A stretch of 31,281 nt of DNA from Nitrospirota bacterium (lineage in GTDB: Bacteria > Nitrospirota > JACRHJ01): assembly GCA_963733375.1 (NCBI GenBank), contig CAVTDB010000021.1:1-31281 (forward strand). The letters run 5' to 3'. The notes below the pieces were generated by a model that worked only from the letters and a program-made list of their open reading frames with translations, did not search any database and had not been told where the DNA came from. The position numbers and the translations under genes were made by a program. Below, piece by piece: positions 10,543 through 21,701 of the stretch; the first letter of the stretch is position 1; each line of letters starts with the position of its first letter.

Positions 10543-11990
10543 GTGAGGAATTAGAGGATTTAAAGGTGAGCGTGACTTTCGTCCCTCTGCGGACGAGGCT
10601 TTCGATATTGAAGCTGCCGCCGTGGATCCTTACAAGGTGCTTGACGATCGCCAGGCCAAGGCCCGTCCCGCCAAGCTCGCGCGAGCGCGCCGGGTCCACC
10701 CGGAAAAATCGTTCCCCCATCCTGGGCAGCATCTCGGGAGGGATTCCGGGGCCCGTGTCGGTTATGGATATCTCCACCGTATCACCCGCCTCTCCCGCTT
10801 TTCCGGCTGATGGTGACGCTCTCGCCCCTCGGGGTATATTTGACCGCGTTGTCCAGGACGTTCAGCATTATCTGGTAGGCCTTATCTTTATCGGCAAGGG
10901 CCAGCGGCATCTCGCCGGGGAAATCCACGACCAGTTTTATGTTTCGTTCCTTTATTTTCGGTTCGAGAAGGGCCGCGGCCTCCAACGCCACTTCCTTAAC
11001 CGACACCGGTCTCATGTGAAGCTTAATCTCGCCCAGCTCGATTCTCGACAGAGTCATCAGGTCCTCGACGAGTCTGGCCAGTCTTTGCGAGTTCGACTCT
11101 ATTATCCCCAAAAATTTGTATCGCCTTCTCTTTATCGTCAAGCGCGCCGTCCATCAAAGTCTCGGCAAAGCCCTGTATGGCGGCGATGGGGGTTTTGAGC
11201 TCGTGCGTCACGTTCGCCACGAAATCACGGCGCACCCTCTCCAGGGCCTGCATCCTCGTCATGTCGTGCAGCACTATCACTATCCCGGAGAAACCGTCCT
11301 CTATGATAAGAGGCACGCACCCGGCGATGAAATACATCGGCTCCGGGAATCCCGTCTCTACCTCGCCGGAGACGTAATCGCGGCGCTCGTGCGCACTCTT
11401 GTACAGGTTCAGTATCCCTTCGTTCCTTATCACTTCCACAAGCGGCCTGCCGACGGCGTATTCTTCCTTGATGCCGAATGTCTTCAGGAACGCCGGGTTC
11501 ACGATCATCACCCTGCCCTGGGCGTCTGTCACCATGACCCCGTCCGCCATGCCCTTCAGCACCGCCGTCAAAATGACTTTCTCCTTGGAGAGCGCCTCCA
11601 CGTTTTTCTTGAGCTGCTCCGCCATGAGGTTTAGGTTATCCGCCAGGACCCCAAGCTCGTCTTTTCCATCGGAGGCAATCCGGCTGGAGAAATCTCCCGA
11701 CGCGATCTTCCCGGTGAACGCGGCCATCCTGTCCGCCCTCCGGGTAAGCCGCCGGGACAGGAATATCCCCAGGATAATCGAGGCGATAAATATTATAAGG
11801 CGCCCGCCGCAGCCTGCTCTTTTATGTGCGACATCGCCTCTTCCACTTGCTGGGATGTCATGTGGGAGCGTACCAGATAGTTCTTGACGCTTCGGGAGAT
11901 ATTAAGCCAGAGGATAGGGGCGGCGACGGCGCCCAGGAGGATATACGCGAGGATTACCTTGCTTAAAAGCCTGCTTCCGAACTTCATCAT
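10538..11990 (-). CDS. phoR: Phosphate regulon sensor histidine kinase PhoR (TM-HAMP-PAS-HisKA-HATPase; frameshifted)
   Basis: HAMP ([15 protein letters not shown]), [60 protein letters not shown], spread over ORFs 11793-11990, 11023-11727, 10782-11141 and 10538-10777. Confidence 0.92.
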
Positions 11991-12679
11991 TCAGCCATTT
12001 CGTACCCGATGCCGCGCGCGGTCTTTATGACTTTCGGGTTCTCCGGGTCTTCCTCTATCTTCGCCCGGAGCCGCCTTATATGGACGTCCACCGTCCGGGG
12101 CTCCACGAACTGGTCGTCCTTCCATACGTTGTCCAGGAGTTTTTCACTGGGGATGGCCCGGCCCCTGTTCTGGGCGAAATATTTAAGGAGCTTGAACTCC
12201 GTGGGCGAGAGCACCAGCGGCTTCTCGTTCAGATAGACCTTGTTCTTGTCGAGGTCGATTTTAAGGACGCCGACACTTATGACCGGCTGCGTCGCCTGGC
12301 CCTTCACGGACAGCCGCCTCAGCACCGCCTTCACCCTCGCCACCAGCTCGCGCGGCGAGAACGGCTTCGTGACGTAGTCGTCCGCTCCCAGCTCAAGCCC
12401 AAGGACTTTGTCAAGCTCTTCGCCCTTCGCCGTGAGCAGGATTACCGGGATATTCTGGCTCTCCGGCCTTTTTTTGAGCTCCCGCAGGACCTCCAGGCCC
12501 TGCATGCCCGGAAGCATTATGTCGAGCACAATGAGGGAGGGTATCTCTTTTTTTGCCGCCTTGAGGGCGTCGATACCGTTCTCCGCGGTGAGTACCTTGT
12601 ACCCTTCTTTCCCAAGGTTATACTCGACCAGCTCCAGCAGGTCTTTCTCGTCGTCCACCACGAGGATTTTCTCGGGCAT
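11987..12679 (-). CDS. phoB: OmpR-family response regulator PhoB/PhoP
   Basis: Receiver domain (VVDDE, LDIMLPG, LTAK, GADDYVTKPFSPREL) plus winged helix (RTVDVHIRRLRAKIE, TARGIGY); coupled to phoR and the pst operon. Confidence 0.92.
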   Translation of the reverse strand: MPEKILVVDDEKDLLELVEYNLGKEGYKVLTAENGIDALKAAKKEIPSLIVLDIMLPGMQGLEVLRELKKRPESQNIPVILLTAKGEELDKVLGLELGADDYVTKPFSPRELVARVKAVLRRLSVKGQATQPVISVGVLKIDLDKNKVYLNEKPLVLSPTEFKLLKYFAQNRGRAIPSEKLLDNVWKDDQFVEPRTVDVHIRRLRAKIEEDPENPKVIKTARGIGYEMAE

Positions 12680-12749
12680 GGCGTCTCCTTAATGATTTTG
12701 CCTGCTTTACTCTATTATATTTCTTTTTTTACGTCCAATAAAAAAGAGA

Positions 12750-12778
12750 GTTTCATCAGAACTTAATATTCCCTTAAT
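12750..12778 (+). promoter_or_regulatory. Degenerate OmpR/PhoB-type direct repeats
   Basis: TTCAT 12752, TTAAT 12763, TTAAT 12774: exact 11-bp period, in the divergent intergenic region next to phoB. Confidence 0.5.
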
Positions 12779-12848
12779 CAAACTGAAACAACAGTCTGCT
12801 TTAATTCAGCAGCTTCCTCAATCCTGCCGCGAGAAGGGAAGACATACT

Positions 12849-12889
12849 GGCCCGCAATGGCACCCTCCCGCCAAAGCGGGCCTTTTTTT
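12849..12889 (+). terminator. Rho-independent terminator-like hairpin with T7 tail
   Basis: GGCCCGC-AA-TGGC-ACCCTCCC-GCCA-AA-GCGGGCC followed by TTTTTTT (12883-12889). Confidence 0.65.
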
Positions 12890-12914
12890 AACAAAACCTT
12901 AATCGAACCTTCAT
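12886..12914 (+). promoter_or_regulatory. Degenerate OmpR/PhoB-type direct repeats upstream of the microprotein-PHP-GT21 operon
   Basis: TTAAC 12888, TTAAT 12899, TTCAT 12910 (11-bp period), with ACC-containing spacers (AAAACC, CGAACC). Confidence 0.5.
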
Positions 12915-12964
12915 TCTACTGAAATATCTTTATGGTTTACTGTAGGAAGAAGGGAGGGCTTATT

Positions 12965-13120
12965 ATGAGGTGCCCGAAGCTGGTTAAAGAGAAAACGGAC
13001 CTCTGCTCGCAGAACCCCAATTACTGCCCCAGCAAATTCGAGTTAAGGGAATACTGCAGGACCCGCCTGCATAAGAATCTGCCCGTTCTTTCCGGGGCTA
13101 TCACCACAGTGCAAACATAA
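12965..13120 (+). CDS. Small Cys-rich protein 1 (~51 aa; probable indel near 13077 hides a terminal CP motif)
   Basis: RBS AGGGAGGG, then MRCPKLVKEKTDLCSQNPNYCPSKFELREYCRTRLHK; removing one A gives ...HKICPFF. Paralogous to the next ORF. Confidence 0.65.
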   Translation: MRCPKLVKEKTDLCSQNPNYCPSKFELREYCRTRLHKNLPVLSGAITTVQT

Positions 13121-13132
13121 AGGAGACCAAAA

Positions 13133-13306
13133 ATGCATTGCCCGTATTTTAAAAAATTTGAGACTGATATGTGCGTATCCTCGGAAATATCGATCATCCC
13201 GAGCGGCAGGCATACCGAACAGTTCTGCAAAACAAATCACTACTGGGCCTGTCCCATAAAGGGGAACCTGGCGAAGATGGTAGAAGCCTTCTCCTACAGC
13301 GCATAA
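13133..13306 (+). CDS. Small Cys-rich protein 2 (57 aa, not in ORF track)
   Basis: AAGGAG RBS, then MHCPYFKKFETDMCVSSEISIIPSGRHTEQFCKTNHYWACPIKGNLAKMVEAFSYSA*; its stop overlaps the PHP start (TAATG). Confidence 0.75.
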   Translation: MHCPYFKKFETDMCVSSEISIIPSGRHTEQFCKTNHYWACPIKGNLAKMVEAFSYSA

Positions 13307-14013
13307 TGCTTCTATGTGACTTCCATATCCATACCGATTACTCGGACGGCTCCGTGGGCTTGAGAAGGGTAGTTGACCTCTACGGCCAGGCCGGCTTCGA
13401 TGTGATAGCCATTACCGACCACGTCGTAAACGGCGACACCCTCATGGGCAAGCTTGCCCACCGCCTCAAGTTCAGCGTCACCCAGAATAATTTCGAAAAA
13501 TATTTCTGCCACGTCAAGGAAGAGGCGGCGAGGGCCTGGGAGAGATACCGGATGCTCGTGATACCCGGTATAGAGATAACCAAGAATTCCTTCTCCTCGA
13601 ACAAGGCGGCGCACCTGCTCGTACTCGACATAAAGGAGTTTATAAAGGCCTGCTGGGATTTTGAGAAGATATTCCTGGAAGCAAAGCGCCAGGACGCCCT
13701 CACCATCGCCTGCCACCCCCACCATACGTCGGAAGCCGGCTTCTTAGACACCTTGTTCCTATGGAACAACAGAGAGAAATACGCCAAGTACATAGACGCA
13801 TGGGAGATAGCCAACAGAGACGACGTATTCAACGTGATAAGCCTGAAGAAATACCCGTACATCGCCAACAGCGACTTCCACAAGCCCCGCCACATATATT
13901 CATGGAAGACCCTCCTTAACTGCGAAAAAAACCTCGATTGCATAAAGAAGTGCATAAAGCTGAACGACGGAGTATCGATCACGCTATTTCGGAGGTGCAA
14001 AAAAGAATGGTAG
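13306..14013 (+). CDS. PHP-family metal-dependent phosphoesterase
   Basis: MLLCDFHIHTDYSDG, IAITDH, PGIEIT, AHL, CHPH, ANSDFH motifs. Real start is 13306, not 13171. Confidence 0.88.
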   Translation: MLLCDFHIHTDYSDGSVGLRRVVDLYGQAGFDVIAITDHVVNGDTLMGKLAHRLKFSVTQNNFEKYFCHVKEEAARAWERYRMLVIPGIEITKNSFSSNKAAHLLVLDIKEFIKACWDFEKIFLEAKRQDALTIACHPHHTSEAGFLDTLFLWNNREKYAKYIDAWEIANRDDVFNVISLKKYPYIANSDFHKPRHIYSWKTLLNCEKNLDCIKKCIKLNDGVSITLFRRCKKEW

Positions 14014-15137
14014 CCGTATTTTATTTTCTGACCGGCCTTGGGTTCCTCATCTATCTGGCTCAAATCCTGGCGGTACGGTCAGTCATCAAGACGCCAAGGA
14101 AGAAAAGCGAGTACCTCCCGCCGATAAGCGTCCTTAAGCCCTTGAAGGGCCTGGACGACAACCTGTTCGAGAACCTTGAGAGCTTCTGCAACCAGGACTA
14201 TCCAACCTACGAAATTATTTTCGCCCTGAGGGAAATCAGCGATCCCGCTTATAAGGTGGCCGTTAAAATAAAAGAGAAATGTAAAGACCGGGACATAACG
14301 ATAATCGCCCAGTGGTGCGAAGAAGGGCTGAACCCGAAGGTCAACAACCTGGTCCCGGCATACAGGGCGTCCAAATATGACTTCTTCCTCATAAGCGACA
14401 GCAACGTGCTGGCGGATAAAGACTATTTAAGAGATACCGTGCAGCACATGGAAGACGGCGAAGTGGGTCTCGTGAGCAACCTCATCAGGGGGGTCGGCGG
14501 GCGCACCATCGGCTCCGTATTTGAAAACCTGCACCTGAACACCTTCATCCTGGGCGGCGTATGCTTCCTGGAAAAAATCGTGAAGATGCCTTGCGTGGTC
14601 GGGAAATCGATGCTCATCCGTAAAAGTCATTTCGAGGAGATCGGCGGCTTCGGAGCGGTAAAGGACCACTTCGCGGAAGACTATATAATCGGCAGAAAGA
14701 TGAAGGAGGCCGGATTTAAAGTGGCCCTTTCAAACCATGTCATAAATACCGTCAACTTATATTGGCAGACCGGCCAGTTCATGTCCCGGCATGCGAGGTG
14801 GGGGAAGCTGAGGTACAGGATCGGAGGGGTTTCTTATCTTACGGAGCTTCTTGGGAATTTCGTTTTTCTTTCCTTTGTCCCGCTTCTTTTTCGCGGCCCG
14901 TCGAGGTTTACCTTGCTCCTGCCGCTTGTCGCATGGCTTTTAAAATCCTGCGGCGATTATCTCACGGGCAGGACATTGAAATCGGAGATGCACCCGCTCC
15001 TTTATCTCCTGTCTCCTTTGAAAGACATAATTATCGGGATCGTCTGGTTCGTGCCGATATTCTCGAACTCCATAGAATGGAGAGGGGACAGATATACGAT
15101 AACAAAGGATTCCCTGCTCCACCCCTGCAAGCTCTAA
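14007..15137 (+). CDS. GT21 / ceramide-glucosyltransferase-like (HpnI/Pgt-like) membrane glycosyltransferase
   Basis: N-terminal TM, ISVLKPLKGLD, QDYP, GLNPKVNNL, ISDSNV, GKSMLIRK, FAEDY, RHARW, C-terminal TMs and IEWRG. Confidence 0.88.
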   Translation: MVAVFYFLTGLGFLIYLAQILAVRSVIKTPRKKSEYLPPISVLKPLKGLDDNLFENLESFCNQDYPTYEIIFALREISDPAYKVAVKIKEKCKDRDITIIAQWCEEGLNPKVNNLVPAYRASKYDFFLISDSNVLADKDYLRDTVQHMEDGEVGLVSNLIRGVGGRTIGSVFENLHLNTFILGGVCFLEKIVKMPCVVGKSMLIRKSHFEEIGGFGAVKDHFAEDYIIGRKMKEAGFKVALSNHVINTVNLYWQTGQFMSRHARWGKLRYRIGGVSYLTELLGNFVFLSFVPLLFRGPSRFTLLLPLVAWLLKSCGDYLTGRTLKSEMHPLLYLLSPLKDIIIGIVWFVPIFSNSIEWRGDRYTITKDSLLHPCKL

Positions 15138-15143
15138 GGCGAC

Positions 15144-16930
15144 TTACTTTACCTCTTTCCAGGCGATACCGTCCGGCAGTTTGAATTTTACCGTATCGCG
15201 CGTAGATTCGAGCGCCCCGGAAAACCAGCCGTCTTCATCCCAGAATACGCCGTCCGGCAAAAGGATGCGGACAAGCTTATCAGCCGCCGCGCCGCCGCGC
15301 CAGCCCGATCATCGCCCACTTGCGCACTCTTTTCTTATCCGGGGTCCCTTGGGAAAAGGCATACTCGCACCTCCGCCCGTTCCTGGCTGGAGGACGCATT
15401 CTCAATGCCGATGATATAAATGCCCCGCGCCCCGCGGGCGACTGTCAGGACCTTCTGATTATCGCCGCCGGACATCTTAAACTCATTGTCCCGCTCTTTT
15501 CCCCCCTTGCCTTTCAAGGGGTACGGCCGCCAGGCGTATTTCAGCTTTAATTTAGCGCCGTTCCCGCAATTCAAGTAAACCACCATGTCCACGGCATTTA
15601 AGTTTTCATCATGCAGGTCACGTGTTCGCTCACCGAGCGGTCCCCGTAAACGTCATATCCTTCCGCATATATGAAATTTTTTTCCGCCTGGGCTGGGATT
15701 TTAATTTTAAAAGAACCGTTTGCCGCCCTGGCCTCGTAGGAGACTCCGTTGACATATACTGTTACCTTGTCCACATTCCCTTTGACCTCCCCGGCTACCG
15801 TGATGTCCGCCGATTCAATGCAGTCTATTACGGTGCCGTCCGAGGGGCTTTTTATCTCTATGCCGGTCTCCGGGACAGCGTTAAGCGCCGCATGTCCGAA
15901 CCCGGCCGCCTGAGAAGTCCCCGTTTTTATCGCGTCCACGCCGGCGGCCTTTTTCTCGCCTGCGCCCGAAGCCCCCCCCGGGACCCCGTGCAACGGAAGC
16001 GTATAAAGTACCGGCGGAGGCCATTTTTTTGCCGCCCGTTTCAATATTATCTCCGCCTGCGGCATTTCCAGGACTTCCGGCGGCGGAGGCCGCTTCGCCC
16101 TGCCCGTCCCATCCGGCCCTGTCCGGCCCCGGCCGCTTTCTCTAATTTCGCCGTGGGGGTTCCGCCCGCCCCTTCGCTTCTTCCCACGCCTACTCCGGAA
16201 GTCCCGGCCCCTTCAGCGGTCTTGATCCCGGCTGGAGAAAATGCAGGCCCCATGCCGGTGACGGATGAAAATCCCGCGGCGGATTTGAAGCCCGCTCCCT
16301 CCCCGGAGGACGTAATGAGAGGGTCGCCGCCGGCATATGATTTTATATCGCCCACCCCGACGATGTCCTCTGACCCCCTCTGCCGCCCCCGCCTCTTCCG
16401 CCTCCCCTGCCCCTTTTTCTCCGGCAGGGCGGCAGCCCCTCCGCCGGGCGAACCAGGCCCGGGAAGGGCAGTCCCGTCAGGGACGCCGGGAGCGGAATTG
16501 TTTTTTTCAACCGAGGCTACCAGGGTCTCGTCGCCTGAGGATTTTAAAGGGCCTCCCACGGGCGCTCCGGCGGAGGAAATATCGGAGTCGGGCGCATTCT
16601 CCGGCGCGGGTTTCTCCGCGGGCGCGGATATCTCCTTGGACGATGCCGTGGATGCGGGTATCTCTTTACGGGCTTGGGCTAGATACCGCTTTGGCGAGGA
16701 TATCGCCCTGGCGCGCGGCCGCCTTTTCGGCGGCGGGCGCGTGAGGGAGCCCTTCGGACGACGTCCACGTAAGCCAGGTTCTGGATGCTCGCGGGTTTAT
16801 CGGCGTAGTAGTCAATAATCGCGGGCGCCGCCACGGCGGCTATGGAGTGAAAAACAAAGGAGACCGCCAGGAAGAAAGGCAGTCTTTTCCCTTGTTTTTC
16901 TTTTATTACCCTTTTTGAGTTTTTGACCAT
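15144..16930 (-). CDS. Hypothetical membrane-anchored protein (TonB-like N-terminal TM, Ala/Gly/Pro-rich linker, Ig-like domain); frameshifted; last gene of the tad operon
   Basis: FFLAVSFVFHSIAAVA anchor (SxxxH), low-complexity linker, IKSPSDGTV...ITVAGEV...VYVNG...NGSF (Ig-like). Fragments 16679-16930, 16047-16559, 15598-16065 and 15335-15592; C-terminus ...DGIAWKEVK* with stop at 15144-15146. Confidence 0.55.
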
Positions 16931-17280
16931 GGGGGCAGTTCCGCGAATACAAGCTCATCCCCCGGCTCCACGTCCAGTTCCGAAAGGGTCCCGCCCGCGA
17001 TTTCTATGACCCCTTTAGCCTTTGGGAATATCCTGGACAGCTTGCCGGGTCTTATACCTCTGATAACGCCGACGGCCCTTTTGCCGTTGTCAAAAAAAAC
17101 CGCGTCTATCGGGAATTTCATTCCGATGGTATGTATGGAGATGCAGGGAGATATTACCAGGGCGTGCCCGCCGTCGAGTCTATTCTTCCCCAGAAGGCCC
17201 CTCAGCCGGGCCAGGAAACTGTCGGCAAAGGAGACCTGGCTGGCTATGCAGGATTTTTTCGTCCCGTTGAAGATCTTCAT
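16906..17280 (-). CDS. DUF192-family protein
   Basis: MKIFNGTK...ADSFLARLRGLLG...PCISIHTIGMKFPIDAVFFD...VIEIAGG; start overlaps the tadC stop. Confidence 0.85.
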   Translation of the reverse strand: MKIFNGTKKSCIASQVSFADSFLARLRGLLGKNRLDGGHALVISPCISIHTIGMKFPIDAVFFDNGKRAVGVIRGIRPGKLSRIFPKAKGVIEIAGGTLSELDVEPGDELVFAELPPWSKTQKG

Positions 17281-18199
17281 TTTTTTACAACCTTGAACAG
17301 CGTGTCGTAGATCTGTATCATGGCCGGACCCAAAATTACCACCATGAGCGCCGGGAATATGCAGAACGCGAGCGGGAAGACCATTTTTATCGTCGTCTTC
17401 GCCGCCGCCTCTTCGGCGATCTGACGGCGCTTGGTCCTTAAAGAGTCGGAATGTACCCTGAGGGAGCGCGCAAGGCTTGCGCCAAGTTTCTCGGCCTGCA
17501 CCAAAAGGGCGACCAGCGCCTTGATATCGTCTACCCCGGTGCGCTCTCCCATGTCCCGGAGGGCGTCCATCCTGGGCTTTCCGGCCCGTGCCTCCGCGCT
17601 TGCCGTCCTGAATTCCTGCGCCAGCACGTTCCCCTGAAACTCCTCGGTTATCCGGACTATCGCGGCGTCCAGGCCAAGACCCGCCTCCACGCATACCGTG
17701 AGGAGGTCCAGCACATCCGGCAGGGCGTGGAATATCTCCGTCTGCCTGCGCTTTATCTTTTCGTTAAGCCAGACGTTCGGAGCGATGTACACTAAGAGGC
17801 CGCAAGCAACGCCAGGACGACCGCGGCAAAAAATTTGTGGAGGTGCGCCTGCGCATAGGGATAAACGAGCAAAAAGGCGGCGGCTCCGGCAAACACCTTT
17901 ATGCCGGCGAATACCAGAAGCGACGAACTTTTTCTGTATCCCGCCTTGATCAGCATAATCCTTAATTTGCCGCGTTCCTTATCCGACATGGGGACTTTAG
18001 TGCCGGCCATTATCGCGGCCTTCTCGAAGGCCCTCTCCGTCCCGGCGGCATTCTGCCCGTCCGCCGTCTTTTCCTTCTTCATCTCGCGCAGCCTTATCTC
18101 CACCGCGGCCGGCCTTGAGAATACCAGGAAGGGCAATATGAGCGCGAGGACGCCCACGATTATGAATACTGCTGCGGTCATCACTGCGATAGTTATCAT
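17277..18199 (-). CDS. tadC: Tad pilus platform protein TadC (frameshift near 17795-17820)
   Basis: LPDVLDLLTVCVEAGLGLDAA, QAEKLGASLARSLRV, AEEAAAKTTIKMVFPL...IFPA. Confidence 0.92.
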
Positions 18200-18208
18200 T
18201 TTGGGGAC

Positions 18209-19181
18209 CTATATTTTTATTTTTATGATTTTTCTTATCACGAAGAACCCGATCACCTGCAGCGTGAAGGCCGCTGCCACCATCATAATCCCGGCCTTCG
18301 TAGTAAACAGCACCTTGATATATTTCGGGTTTAAAACGCATCAGCACCATCAGCAAGGCCAGGGGAAGGGCGGCAAGTATATATCCCGAAAGCCTCCCCT
18401 GCGCGGTATACACCCTGAGCTGCCTGAGCACCTTGAACCTCTCCCGGATAGTCATCCCAAGCTTTTCAAGTATCTCCGCAAGGTTTCCGCCGGTCTCCCG
18501 CTGCACGTTGACAGCGGTGATAAAAAACCGGAGGTCTATGGAGTCGACGCTCCTCGTCATGTGGTTCAACGCCTCGGGGATAGGGATGCCGTATCCCTGC
18601 TCCTCGTAAGCCAGCCGGAACACCTTCGCTATCGGCTCCGCCATCTCCTGGGACACCACCTGAAGGGCGCTGGTGAAGGAATGTCCGGCCCGGAGCGACC
18701 TCGCGGCCATATCCAGCGCGTCCGGGAGCTGTTCCATGAACTTCTTAAACCGCGCCTGCCGCCGGTTTAAGAGATACATGTACGGCAGCGAGGCCAATGC
18801 GGGCGCAAGCAACAGGCATGGCAGGAGGCTCTTCCCCATCCGGGCGCCGATAAGGAATCCCACTGCCCCAAGGGCAAGGGTAAGGAGCGCCAGCGGCCCG
18901 ACCTTTATCTTCACGTCCGCCTGCTCTATCAAAAGCTCCATCCTCTGCGCGAGGGGCAGGCTGTACAGGAACTTGTGCAACGCCGGTATGGCGCTCATCA
19001 TCTCGTCCTTCAAAATAGTAGGCATGGCCTCTTCCGGAGGCTTGCGGAGCGCTATCGTCTGCAGGCGTTGTTTTATTTCCGACCTTTCGGCGGCCTGCGG
19101 TCCGGCGGCGAATAAATAGATTACCGCGCCAGTCGAAAGAAAGGCCGCGAAAGCGATTAACGCTATGAGTGCAGGTCCCAT
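18209..19181 (-). CDS. tadB: Tad pilus platform protein TadB (frameshift near 18340)
   Basis: FMEQLPDALDMAARSLRAGHSF, QRETGGNLAEIL, TAQGRLSGYILAALP; GGAGG RBS before ATG 19181. Confidence 0.92.
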
Positions 19182-19192
19182 GTGGCCCTCCA

Positions 19193-20518
<1,326 letters not shown>

Positions 20519-20536
20519 AGATACACCTCCGTACTT

Positions 20537-21684
20537 TTATGCCGCGATGGGCTGCGATATCATCTCTTCCAATCCCTTTGCTATCGTAATATAACTCTTC
20601 GCCACCTCGGAAACGGGGAAGAGCTTGACGAGCGGCTGGCCCTTGTTCTCGGAATTTTTAGCATCGATATACGAGTTCGGGACCTGCCAGGAGACCTTTT
20701 TCCCGAAAACTTTCTCCGCGTCTTTTATATTGATCTCGTCTTTTTTGCTGTACCGGTTGACCAGCAGCTTAATCGCCTTTCCGCTTAAACCCATGCCCGC
20801 GAAATATTCCAGCGCCTTCTGGGTGTTGCCGATGGAAGGCAGGGAAAGGGTGCTCACCATCACCAGCAGGTCCGAGTTTTTTATACCCCGGATGCCGGTC
20901 TCGTCATAGCCCTCCCGACATCGAGCACGACGTAATCGAACACCCGCTTTAACTGTTCCAGCACCGCAGGCAGGTGCCGCTGGTCAATCTCCGTCATCTC
21001 GTTTATCCTGGCCGGGCAGGAGAGAAGGCTTATCCCGCTGGAGTGGCGGGAGACGACTCCCCTCAGGAAGGACTTGTCGAGCTTGGACAGGTTCCTGGAC
21101 GCATCCGCGATCGAATACTTGGGCTTTAAATTAAGGAAGACGTCCGCGCAGCCCCCATTAAGGTCCAGGTCCGCCAGCAGTACTTCCTTCCCGGTCGTCT
21201 CTTTAAGCGCGGCGGCGATATTCACGGCCGCGGTCGTGCAGCCGCTCCCACCTTTGGCTGTGAAGCAGGATATGACCTTTCCGATATGGTCCTGGCCGCC
21301 GGCCGCTCCCGATTGCGCCCTCTCAAGCTTTGCGGACGCGCGGGCCAGGTCCTCCTGTTTCACGGGCCTCGGCAGGAACTCCGAACAGCCGCTCCTGATG
21401 GCCCTTAGGATGTTTTCGGCGGAGCTGTCCGCCGACGTGGCTATAATGCCCGCGGCGGGATTTTCACGCGCGATACTCTCGATGAACCCTGGTGCGGCCT
21501 GACTGTTTACCTCAAGCTCTATAATGATGAGGTTCGGCTTTGTCCTCAGGATAATTTCATGGCCGGCGGCGAGATCGCGTGCCTCTCCGGCTATCCTCCA
21601 ACCCGCCGACTCGGTAAGATATTTTTTAAGCGACGCCGCCTGTACCGCGTCTGAATCGATTATCACCGCCGTTAGACTGCTCAT
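20537..21684 (-). CDS. cpaE: Pilus localisation protein CpaE/TadZ (receiver-like + MinD/ParA-like domains; frameshift near 20890)
   Basis: N-terminal degenerate receiver domain, AKGGSGCTT deviant Walker A, DLDL..G, FDYVVLD, LLVNRY, NKGQPL. Confidence 0.9.
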
Positions 21685-21701
21685 GGAAATTTCTCCTTCT
21701 C

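Noticed and set aside
13171-13305. N-terminal extension of the PHP protein in the ORF track
   Set aside because: This DNA encodes the 57-aa Cys microprotein in another frame. The PHP domain starts at ATG 13306.
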